From Gammaproteobacteria bacterium (GTDB taxonomy: Bacteria > Pseudomonadota > Gammaproteobacteria > Enterobacterales > GCA-2746155), in the NCBI GenBank assembly GCA_002746155.1, contig NVWF01000007.1, positions 7,632-71,631 of the forward strand: a stretch of DNA of 64,000 nt, given 5' to 3'. This document shows, piece after piece, positions 18,371 through 26,676 of the stretch (positions within the stretch are counted from its first letter, which is position 1; each line of letters starts with the position of its first letter). Position numbers and translations under genes: made by a program. The notes below the pieces were generated by a model. That model had not been told where the DNA came from, ran no database searches, and saw nothing but the letters and a program-made list of their open reading frames with translations.

Positions 18371-19225
18371 ATGATGAAACATTTATTGATATTTTTAACC
18401 GCTTTAAGCGTATCTATACCAGTTGATATAATGGCCAAGGAACGTTCTGGCCATAGGGAAACTAAAAGCCATAGCCATAACAAAGCTCAACGACAAGACA
18501 AGAGCCATAGACAATCTAAAGCACGACAGCCTACAATTCAAAGAGAATCTAGTTTAAGGCGTGAGAGCAAAAGCAAGAAGAGAGTTTATTCTGATGAAAA
18601 AAACACTCGAAAGTTTGTTTTTGATAATGGTAACAAGAACCAAAGACGTGCAAATAATCAGACTAGGTCTGAGTTTAAAGACAGAGATAACAAGTCCACT
18701 AGACAGCAGTCTTCACGCAAACATTCGAATAACCACTCGGCTAGTCGATCAAACTACAAGGCGCGCAAGGATGCCCGACACTACTCAAGTGATTATCGAA
18801 ATTATAACAAACGTAGAGTCAGCGATAATCAGTATTACCCTCACTCTACTAAGAGGAAGCACCGCAGTCATGACTCTAGACCGAGCCGGGATTATATAAA
18901 CCGCAATCAACACAGAAGGCATAGTAACAATCACTATAATGATCATTATTACTATAATAATAGTCATTACAGAGGTTCTCATCGCTACGGCAATTGGTAT
19001 TCAGGACATGGACATTATCATTACAATTATCGATACCGTAGCAGTTATAATCCCTATCAGTGGTATGGCGACTATTACTACCAATCATATTTTGATTGGA
19101 GATGGAATCAAGGAAATCAAGTAGGTTCTTATTATAATAACTATAACGATCCCTACTACTGTCCCGATGGATTTACACAATTTGTCTCTAGTATTGCCAT
19201 AGGCGCCTTGATTTATAACTGGTAA
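18371..19225 (+). CDS. secreted low-complexity protein, extremely basic, His/Tyr/Asn/Arg/Ser-rich (no recognisable family)
   Basis: RBS gaggg lies 6 nt upstream. Sec signal MMKHLLIFLTALSVSIPVDIMA. About 240 residues follow that are almost free of aliphatic residues, then a short hydrophobic C-terminus (FVSSIAIGALIYNW). A strong terminator follows the ORF. Confidence 0.6.
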   Translation: MMKHLLIFLTALSVSIPVDIMAKERSGHRETKSHSHNKAQRQDKSHRQSKARQPTIQRESSLRRESKSKKRVYSDEKNTRKFVFDNGNKNQRRANNQTRSEFKDRDNKSTRQQSSRKHSNNHSASRSNYKARKDARHYSSDYRNYNKRRVSDNQYYPHSTKRKHRSHDSRPSRDYINRNQHRRHSNNHYNDHYYYNNSHYRGSHRYGNWYSGHGHYHYNYRYRSSYNPYQWYGDYYYQSYFDWRWNQGNQVGSYYNNYNDPYYCPDGFTQFVSSIAIGALIYNW

Positions 19226-19251
19226 ACTACCGTCAACAAGAGAGTAAAACT

Positions 19252-19279
19252 AAAGACCAGATAATCTCTGGTCTTTTTT
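19252..19279 (+). terminator. rho-independent terminator
   Basis: Arm aaagaccaga (19252-19261) pairs with tctggtcttt (19267-19276) across a 5-nt loop. The T-run extends to 19279. Confidence 0.85.
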
Positions 19280-19319
19280 ATGCTTGTATTTAAGAGATCT
19301 AGGGGTTATATTGCGACTT

Positions 19320-19400
19320 ATGAAACGAATAAACTTTAACGCCCAGACGATTATTACCTCAATTACCAAGATGATTATTCATCCCTTGGTCATTGGCTGA
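19320..19400 (+). CDS. thrL: thr operon leader peptide
   Basis: 26-codon ORF that I translated as MKRINFNAQTIITSITKMIIHPLVIG*. It is rich in Ile (7) and Thr (3) codons. It lies about 90 nt upstream of thrA and is followed by a terminator hairpin. Too short to appear in the ORF track. Confidence 0.7.
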   Translation: MKRINFNAQTIITSITKMIIHPLVIG

Positions 19401-19422
19401 TGCGTTAATTAAAAAAAACATT

Positions 19423-19460
19423 AAAAGCCCGTGACTCTCTAGAAGATTCACGGGCTTTTT
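19423..19460 (+). terminator. thr attenuator terminator
   Basis: Arm aaaagcccgtga (19423-19434) pairs with tcacgggctttt (19448-19459), and the T-run ends 30 nt before the thrA ATG. Confidence 0.75.
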
Positions 19461-19490
19461 CGTATATAGGCTATAAAAAAGAGAAAGAAA

Positions 19491-21953
19491 ATGAAAGTTT
19501 TAAAATTTGGTGGTTCTTCCCTAAAGGACGCCTTAAGATTTGTGCAGGTAGCAAATATTGTTAAGCAGTATTCACAAGACTCCTCAGTTGCAACTGTTTT
19601 ATCTGCTCCTAAAGGGATTACTAACAATTTGATTGCTCTGACAGATGATCTTGAAACCTTAAATGATGAAAGCCTTAGTGCACAACAGAACTGTATTGAG
19701 AAAAAATTGCAGAAGATTTTAAATGATGCTTATACAATTTGCCCCAGCATTAATAAAGAACATACATTACTGCAGTTTAAACAACTTATTTTGAGGTTGA
19801 ACAAATTAAGTCAAGGTGCAAAACTACTTGATCATTGTCCCGCTACAACTCTTGCTGAAATTATCAGTACCGGTGAGAAATTTAGTGTTCTGTTGCTCGC
19901 AAGCATTCTAGAAACTTTAGGCGAGAAAATCTCTTTTATCTTCCCGGAAAAGTTTTTAACCACCGACGAGAACTCAATAGAGCCTATCGCTGATTTGGTA
20001 GTATCAAAGAAAAAATTTCAGCAAACGTATAATGACCTAGCTAGGGTTTCATTCATGCCTGGTTTTTATGGTGTGAAACCCAATGGAGAATTTACTACTC
20101 TGGGACGTAATGGAAGTGACTATTCTGCAGCTATTTTAGCCGTGTGCATAGAGGCCGAGATTTGTGAGGTCTGGACAGATGTAGATGGTGTTTATAATTC
20201 TGATCCAAATCTAATTAAAAGTGCCAAGCTTCTAGAAAAAATGTCATATCGAGAAGCCATGGAATTGTCTTATTTTGGCGCTAAGATATTACATCCAAAA
20301 ACTATTTTACCCCTACTGAAGTTCGATATACCTTGTCGCATTAAAAATACCTTGTCTCCAGAAAAAGCAGGGACACTCATCTCCAGTGAATCAAGCTCCA
20401 ATGAGCTTATTAAAGCTGTGACCAACTTACCTGATGTGGCTATGGTGACAGTTTCTGGTCCTGAAATGCGCGGTATGGTTGGTATGGCAAGTCGAGTTTT
20501 TTCGGCCATCAGTCAGGCTGAAATATCAGTGATCATGATTTCCCAATCATCCGCTGAATATTCAATTAGTTTTTGTGTACCCGGTGAGGAGGCTGCGGCG
20601 GCCTTGAAATGCCTGAATAAGGAATTTCAATTAGAACTTAAAAATGATCTGCTGGAAGAGATTAATATACGACCTAAGTTAGCTATTATTACTTTAGTGG
20701 GCGATAGAATGCACCATCAAAGAGGCATTGCTGCAAAATTCTTTGCAGCCTTGTCCCAGGCAAGAGTTAATATTATAGCCATTGCTCAGGATTCATCAGA
20801 AAGGAGTATCTCAGCTGTGGTACGGGCAAAAAGAATAGACGATGCTGTAAAAACTTGCCATCTTAGTCTTTTTTTCAATAAACCCACTATCGATGCCTTT
20901 ATCATAGGTTGTGGAACCGTGGGTAAGCAATTAATACATCAAATCCATAAACAACAAAAATGGTTGGCTGATAAAAATATTACTCTCAATCTAGTGGGTA
21001 TAGCCAACTCGAAACAACTATTGCTTGATAAAGATTCCATAGATTTATCTCGTTGGCAGAAAGCCTTAAAATCCTCAACTGAAAAGCTAGAACTTTCTAC
21101 CTTAAAAACCTTTGTTGCTGAAGCCCAATTAAGTAATCCGGTCATTATCGATTGCACTAGCAGTGAAAGCATAGCCATGAAATACAATGATTATTTGTCT
21201 AATGGATTTCATGTTGTTACTGCCAATAAAAAAGCTAACACAGCCGACTATGCTTATTACTGTCAGTTAAGAAAGACGTCAGAGCTTCGACAACGTCACT
21301 TCCTATATGAAACCAATGTTGGAGCCGGTCTACCAGTAATCGATAACCTGCAGGGATTACTAAGAGCTGGAGATGAGCTGCTACAATTTGAAGGCATATT
21401 ATCAGGTTCCCTATCCTATATTTTTGGTGAAATTCATAAGGGCCTATCCCTTTCTGAAGCAACCTCAAAAGCCCGTGACTTAGGTTATACCGAACCCAAT
21501 CCAGCAGAGGACTTAAGTGGCCTTGATGTAGCACGAAAAGCCTTGGTGATTGCTCGTGAAACAGGGCTGGAACTAGAATTAGAGGATATAAATGTAGAAG
21601 GGGTGGTGCCAGCTGAACTTGCATCGATTACAGATCCCGAGGAGTTTATGGAAAAATTACCAAGCTTTGATACGGACTTTGCTAAAAAACTTAAGCAGGC
21701 ACAAACTAAGGGACAACTACTCAGATATATTGCCTCCATTGAGGGCAATGAAATTAAGGTGGCTATCCAAGCGGTGGACCCCGTCCATCCTCTGAGTGCT
21801 GTCACTAATGGTGAGAATGCGTTGGTCATGCATACACGTTATTATCAACCTATACCCTTTGTAATAAGAGGTTATGGTGCTGGTGCTGAAGTAACTGCGG
21901 CAGGCTTATTTGGTGATTTGTTAAAAACATTACCCTTAGATCCTGAACATTAA
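19491..21953 (+). CDS. thrA: bifunctional aspartokinase I / homoserine dehydrogenase I
   Basis: 820 aa. Starts MKVLKFGGSSL, has GRNGSDYSAA, two ACT regions, and a C-terminal homoserine dehydrogenase domain (GCGTVG, VVTANKKA, FLYETNVGAGLPVI). Confidence 0.95.
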   Translation: MKVLKFGGSSLKDALRFVQVANIVKQYSQDSSVATVLSAPKGITNNLIALTDDLETLNDESLSAQQNCIEKKLQKILNDAYTICPSINKEHTLLQFKQLILRLNKLSQGAKLLDHCPATTLAEIISTGEKFSVLLLASILETLGEKISFIFPEKFLTTDENSIEPIADLVVSKKKFQQTYNDLARVSFMPGFYGVKPNGEFTTLGRNGSDYSAAILAVCIEAEICEVWTDVDGVYNSDPNLIKSAKLLEKMSYREAMELSYFGAKILHPKTILPLLKFDIPCRIKNTLSPEKAGTLISSESSSNELIKAVTNLPDVAMVTVSGPEMRGMVGMASRVFSAISQAEISVIMISQSSAEYSISFCVPGEEAAAALKCLNKEFQLELKNDLLEEINIRPKLAIITLVGDRMHHQRGIAAKFFAALSQARVNIIAIAQDSSERSISAVVRAKRIDDAVKTCHLSLFFNKPTIDAFIIGCGTVGKQLIHQIHKQQKWLADKNITLNLVGIANSKQLLLDKDSIDLSRWQKALKSSTEKLELSTLKTFVAEAQLSNPVIIDCTSSESIAMKYNDYLSNGFHVVTANKKANTADYAYYCQLRKTSELRQRHFLYETNVGAGLPVIDNLQGLLRAGDELLQFEGILSGSLSYIFGEIHKGLSLSEATSKARDLGYTEPNPAEDLSGLDVARKALVIARETGLELELEDINVEGVVPAELASITDPEEFMEKLPSFDTDFAKKLKQAQTKGQLLRYIASIEGNEIKVAIQAVDPVHPLSAVTNGENALVMHTRYYQPIPFVIRGYGAGAEVTAAGLFGDLLKTLPLDPEH

Positions 21954-22000
21954 TCAACATCTTAGATGTTAGACTAGAAAAGATAGAAGTAGAGAAAGAT

Positions 22001-22954
22001 ATGTCTGTAAAAGTTTTTGCCCCTATATCCATTGGTAATGTCAATGTTGGATTTGATATCCTTGGTTTGGCCGTTGCGCCTCTTGATGGAAGCCTAATTG
22101 GCGATCTTGTTGAGGTGAGTAAAGCTGACTCTGTTCAGCAAGAAAATAATTTATTAGTCAGGGGAACCCACTGTGATCGATTGCCATCGGATAAAAAACA
22201 AAACATTGTTTGGCAATGTATATTTGCTTTTAACCGAGCGCTTAAGAAAGTTCATAAGCGCTGCGTTTTTATTAATATGATCCTTGAGAAAAACATTCCC
22301 AACAGTAGTGGTTTAGGTTCTAGCGCCTGTTCAGTTGTTGCAGCAATTTATGCACTCAATGAGTTTTATCTTAGACCCTTTAATGAAAAGCAATTGTTAG
22401 CGTTAATGGTTGACTTAGAAGCTGAGATAAGCGGCTCTCGTCACTATGATAATGTGGCGCCCTGTTATCTGGGTGGGCTACAGTTAATCATTGAGACTAA
22501 AGATAAAGTTTCACAGGCCTTGCCAATTTTTGACGACTGTTTCTGGGTGTTAGCTTATCCCGATGTCATTGTGAGTACTAAGACTGCCAGAGAAATTTTA
22601 CCTAAAACTCTAGATATAAAGACAGCGGTAGCTTATGGTCAAAAAATAGCTGGTTTTATTGACGCCAGTTATCGACAGGACAAGCAACAGGCTTTTGAGT
22701 TACTTGAAGATGTTATAGCCGAGCCCTATCGAAAACACCTTTTGCCAAACTTTGAAATGGCTAAGAAGATCTTAATGTCATATGGCTGTTTGGCTGTGGG
22801 TATTTCAGGCTCTGGGCCAACCTTGTTTGCTGTGACCGATGATATGGTAATTGCAGAGAAAGCACAGCTATGGTTGGAGGAATATTATATTCAAACCGAT
22901 CAGGGATTTGCTAAGATTTGTAAAATTGATTTAACTGGTACTCGGGTGGTTTAG
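22001..22954 (+). CDS. thrB: homoserine kinase
   Basis: 317 aa. Has the GHMP kinase motif PNSSGLGSSACS, N-terminal VKVFAPISIGNVNVGFD, and GISGSGPTLFA. Confidence 0.95.
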   Translation: MSVKVFAPISIGNVNVGFDILGLAVAPLDGSLIGDLVEVSKADSVQQENNLLVRGTHCDRLPSDKKQNIVWQCIFAFNRALKKVHKRCVFINMILEKNIPNSSGLGSSACSVVAAIYALNEFYLRPFNEKQLLALMVDLEAEISGSRHYDNVAPCYLGGLQLIIETKDKVSQALPIFDDCFWVLAYPDVIVSTKTAREILPKTLDIKTAVAYGQKIAGFIDASYRQDKQQAFELLEDVIAEPYRKHLLPNFEMAKKILMSYGCLAVGISGSGPTLFAVTDDMVIAEKAQLWLEEYYIQTDQGFAKICKIDLTGTRVV

Positions 22955-22965
22955 GGTTTGTGCTT

Positions 22966-23076
22966 AGCCGAGGTGATATCTAGTTATTCCACAGGGCGCC
23001 GCAAGTACTTCCCTGTAGGCTTCGCTGCTGCGTCCTGCAGCAGAGACCAGAGGAATAACTAGATATCACCTCGGCT
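22966..23076. repeat. 111-bp palindromic element (perfect 25-bp inverted arms, GC-rich two-hairpin core) in the thrB-thrC spacer
   Basis: Arm agccgaggtgatatctagttattcc (22966-22990) is the exact reverse complement of 23052-23076. The core holds two hairpins: acaggg (22991-96) / ccctgt (23011-16) and ctgctgc (23025-31) / gcagcag (23037-43). A GTAG lies at 23015-18. Confidence 0.85.
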
Positions 23077-23153
23077 CATCCAGCAATGATGTGGCGTTTG
23101 GGTTTAGTGGATATTGATATTAATTAAAATCATTTAAAAAGAGAGTTTTTATT

Positions 23154-24461
23154 GTGAAATTTTATAACTTAAAAGATGGAACACAGCTTGTTGATTTTCA
23201 AACTGCGGTGCGTACTGGGCTTGGTCGTGATCAGGGATTATTTTTTCCTAAAAAAATTCAGCCCCTCGATAATATTGAAGAGCTTTTGGAGTTATCTGTT
23301 CATGAACGAAACTTTCAACTATTAAAACCCTTTGTTGCCAGTAATCTTAATGATCAACAGTTAGCAGATATCATTGAAAAAACCTTCGCTTTTCCCGCTA
23401 AGCTTGTGGGCATTAATAAATCTGATGAAGCTGATACTGAATACTGCTTGGAATTATTTCATGGTCCTACCTTAGCCTTTAAAGATTTTGGCGCAAATTT
23501 TATGGCTAATTGCTTGAGTAGCTTTGACCTTGATGCCGAGTCAGCCTCGAAGAAGATTACTATTTTAACCGCTACTTCAGGTGATACGGGTGCAGCTGTT
23601 GCCGAGGCATTTTATGGTCTTGATAATATTCAGGTGGTGATTTTGTTTCCCAAGGGTAAGATCAGTGATTTGCAGCAAAAAATGTTTACCACCCTTGGTG
23701 GAAATATACATACACTAGCGGTTGAGGGCAGCTTTGATGATTGTCAGCAGTTAGTTAAACAGAGCTTTGATCATCCAGAGCTAGTAGAGGCTATTGGTTT
23801 AAACTCTGCCAACTCTATCAATATTAGTCGCCTGCTTGCACAAGTTTGTTATTACTTTGATGGCTTCTCTCAATTACCAAAATCGAAACGTGATCAGGTG
23901 GTTATTGCTATTCCTAGTGGAAATTTTGGTAATCTTTGCGCCGCTATCATCGCAAGGACTCTTGGACTGCCCATTAAACGCTTCGTTGCTGCGACCAATG
24001 TTAATGATACTGTACCGCGCTATTTGCAAACAGGAGATTGGGCGCCGAAAGCTACCATTGCCACCATTTCCAATGCCATGGATGTGAGTAAGCCGAACAA
24101 TTGGCCGCGCATTGAGTATTTAATGGAGTCGGGTCAGTTTCCTGCATCAGATTTAAGTGGTGTTGCTGTTGATGAAATTAAAACAGCTGAGACTTTAAAA
24201 GAGATTTATGCCCAAGGTTACTTAAGTGAGCCCCATGCTGCAGTGGCTTACTGTGGATTGAAACAAACACTGAGTGAAGATGAAACGGGTATTTTCCTCG
24301 GTACAGCCCATCCTGCTAAGTTTCAAGAAACCGTTGAGGAAATTCTTGATATGGATATTTCCTTGCCACCTGAGCTTGCACAGTGTATTACCAAGCAAGA
24401 CTTGTCTAAGTTTATAGATGCGGACTTCTCACAATTAGAAAGTTTTCTTTATCAGTTATAA
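23154..24461 (+). CDS. thrC: threonine synthase
   Basis: 435 aa with a GTG start. PLP-lysine context GPTLAFKDFG, plus TATSGDTGAA and PSGNFGN. Confidence 0.95.
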   Translation: MKFYNLKDGTQLVDFQTAVRTGLGRDQGLFFPKKIQPLDNIEELLELSVHERNFQLLKPFVASNLNDQQLADIIEKTFAFPAKLVGINKSDEADTEYCLELFHGPTLAFKDFGANFMANCLSSFDLDAESASKKITILTATSGDTGAAVAEAFYGLDNIQVVILFPKGKISDLQQKMFTTLGGNIHTLAVEGSFDDCQQLVKQSFDHPELVEAIGLNSANSINISRLLAQVCYYFDGFSQLPKSKRDQVVIAIPSGNFGNLCAAIIARTLGLPIKRFVAATNVNDTVPRYLQTGDWAPKATIATISNAMDVSKPNNWPRIEYLMESGQFPASDLSGVAVDEIKTAETLKEIYAQGYLSEPHAAVAYCGLKQTLSEDETGIFLGTAHPAKFQETVEEILDMDISLPPELAQCITKQDLSKFIDADFSQLESFLYQL

Positions 24462-24510
24462 AAACTCACTAACGTAAGTAGACTTAAAGGAACAACATAG
24501 GTATGGGGTT

Positions 24511-26610
24511 TTGAAAGAAAGTATAAAAGATCTTTCGAGCATTTCATTAAATCACCTAAAAGGCGTTGCTGCCAAGCAATGTGAGCGTTTGGCTAAACTG
24601 GGTATTTATAATATCCAAGATCTGCTATTGCATTTACCTTTACGTTACGAAGATAGAACCTTTCAAGTTTCCCTAGGGGCCTTAGCAGTAGGAATGGAGT
24701 GTGTGGTTGAGGGTGAAATTGAACTTAGTGAGGTGATAACAGCGCGAAAAAGGATGTTGGTTTGTCGCTTGAGTGATGGTACGGGGAGTATTGATCTTCG
24801 TTTTTTTAATTATTATCCAAATCAGAAAAATCAATTGGCAAGGGGCGTGAGGGTACGATGTTTTTCTGAGGTAAGGCGAGGTCGAAATCGACTGGAAATG
24901 ATCCATCCTGAGTTTACGGTTATCCATGACAAGTCAGCGCCCTTATGCCAATCAAGTTTAACGCCTGTATACCCAACAACCGAAGGTTTGCGCCAATTAA
25001 GTTTGAGACAACTAGTTGGTCAGGCATTAAAGATTGCTAATTCCAGTAACCTCAGGGAATTAATAGCGCCTGATCTGTTGGCAACCATGAATTTACCAGC
25101 CATGCCACTGCTTGATGCCATAGCGTTCATTCATAACCCTCCTGCAACGGTTGATCAGATGTTGTTAGCAGAGGGACAACATCCATGCCAGCAAAGGCTG
25201 GTACTGGAAGAGTTGCTTGCCCATCAACTAACCATGCTGAAGTTACGCGTTGAAAATCAGAGTCACGGAGCTTATCCGTTGCCACCGAGTCAAAAAATTC
25301 TCAACAGTTTTCTTAATGATCTAACCTTTACTCCCACCAAGGCTCAGCTTAGGGTGAATCAAGAAATATCCCAAGACATTAAAAAGTCACACCCTATGAT
25401 GCGACTGGTGCAGGGTGATGTGGGATCAGGTAAAACTCTGGTAGCCGCCATGGCCGCTATTCAAGCCTTGGGCTGTGATAAGCAAGTTGCCTTGATGGCA
25501 CCCACTGAATTATTAGCTGAGCAGCATGCTGAAAATTTTAGCCAATGGATGGTCCCTCTAGGTTTTAATGTGGTTTGGTTATCAGGAAAAGTAACCGGGA
25601 AAGCTAGAAAACTAGCCCTAGAGGCAATCGCCTCAGGCGAAGCAAAAATGATAGTAGGTACCCACGCTTTATTTCAAGAAGCGGTAAAGTTTGAGTCCTT
25701 GGCGCTAATTATTGTAGATGAGCAGCACAGATTTGGTGTCCATCAACGTCTTGCTCTGCGAGAAAAGGGTTCTCAAGATGGCGTCTATCCCCACCAACTA
25801 ATTATGACGGCTACACCCATCCCTAGAACCTTAGCCATGTCGGCCTACGCAGATCTCGATTGCTCTATTATCGATGAACTACCTCCCGGCCGTACTCCTG
25901 TCACAACCGTAGCCATGAGTGATGCCAGACGTCAGGACGTCATCGATAGGGTTAAGAACACTTGTCTACAACAGAAGCGTCAAGTCTATTGGGTATGTAC
26001 TTTGATTGAAGAATCCGAAAACCTGCAGTGCCAAGCTGCGGAAGATACCCACCGTCAACTTAGTGAACAATTAACCAATTTATCCGTTGGTCTGGTTCAC
26101 GGCAGAATGAAAAGCCCTGAGAAAATGCAAATCATGCAGCAATTTAAAGCAGGAGAAATTGATGTTTTGGTCGCAACAACGGTCATAGAAGTGGGAGTGG
26201 ATGTACCCAATGCAAGCCTTATGGTTATCGAAAATTCTGAACGCCTTGGTCTAGCTCAACTACATCAGCTAAGAGGCAGAGTGGGAAGGGGTAGTACAGC
26301 AAGCCACTGCGTACTTTTTTATCATCCCCCCCTTTCTCATCACGGAAAACAAAGAATAGCAGCCTTAAGAGACAGTAATGATGGTTTCTTAATTGCCGAG
26401 AAAGACTTAGAACTAAGGGGCCCAGGTGAGGTGCTAGGTACTAGACAAACAGGTACAGCTGAATTTAAAATTGCCGACTTATACCAACATCGTAAGCTGC
26501 TCCCAAAGGCTTCAAAACTAGCCACCAAGCTACATCAGCGTCATCCAGAATTAGTCGCCCTGCTAATTGAACGTTGGCTAGGCGAGAAGGAAGAATTTGC
26601 AAAAGTCTAA
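24511..26610 (+). CDS. recG: ATP-dependent DNA helicase RecG
   Basis: 699 aa with a TTG start. N-terminus LKGVAAKQCERLAKLGIYNIQDLLLHLPLRYEDRT parallels E. coli RecG. Has Walker A GDVGSGKT, the DEQH box and QLHQLRGRVGRG. Confidence 0.95.
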   Translation: MKESIKDLSSISLNHLKGVAAKQCERLAKLGIYNIQDLLLHLPLRYEDRTFQVSLGALAVGMECVVEGEIELSEVITARKRMLVCRLSDGTGSIDLRFFNYYPNQKNQLARGVRVRCFSEVRRGRNRLEMIHPEFTVIHDKSAPLCQSSLTPVYPTTEGLRQLSLRQLVGQALKIANSSNLRELIAPDLLATMNLPAMPLLDAIAFIHNPPATVDQMLLAEGQHPCQQRLVLEELLAHQLTMLKLRVENQSHGAYPLPPSQKILNSFLNDLTFTPTKAQLRVNQEISQDIKKSHPMMRLVQGDVGSGKTLVAAMAAIQALGCDKQVALMAPTELLAEQHAENFSQWMVPLGFNVVWLSGKVTGKARKLALEAIASGEAKMIVGTHALFQEAVKFESLALIIVDEQHRFGVHQRLALREKGSQDGVYPHQLIMTATPIPRTLAMSAYADLDCSIIDELPPGRTPVTTVAMSDARRQDVIDRVKNTCLQQKRQVYWVCTLIEESENLQCQAAEDTHRQLSEQLTNLSVGLVHGRMKSPEKMQIMQQFKAGEIDVLVATTVIEVGVDVPNASLMVIENSERLGLAQLHQLRGRVGRGSTASHCVLFYHPPLSHHGKQRIAALRDSNDGFLIAEKDLELRGPGEVLGTRQTGTAEFKIADLYQHRKLLPKASKLATKLHQRHPELVALLIERWLGEKEEFAKV

Positions 26611-26676
26611 ACCCAGAAGGATGCTATTGTATCAAGCGTATGATATCTTCCCTCCCTATAAAACTTAGACCAAAAA

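Noticed and set aside
18561-19124. Four overlapping alternative-frame or antisense ORFs (18561-18899+, 18785-18982-, 18876-19088-, 18939-19124+)
   Set aside because: They lie inside the low-complexity gene 18371-19225. Their products are Ile/Thr/Val homopolymer-like artefacts of repetitive AT-rich codons, with no RBS or signal features.
21235-21829. Long antisense ORFs inside thrA (129 and 114 aa). Similar shadows lie in envC (44522-44920), the HlyD adaptor (33852-34259), ubiI (7042-7365) and rpiA (1411-1722).
   Set aside because: These are shadow ORFs opposite strongly supported genes with clear family motifs. Nothing suggests genuine overlapping genes.
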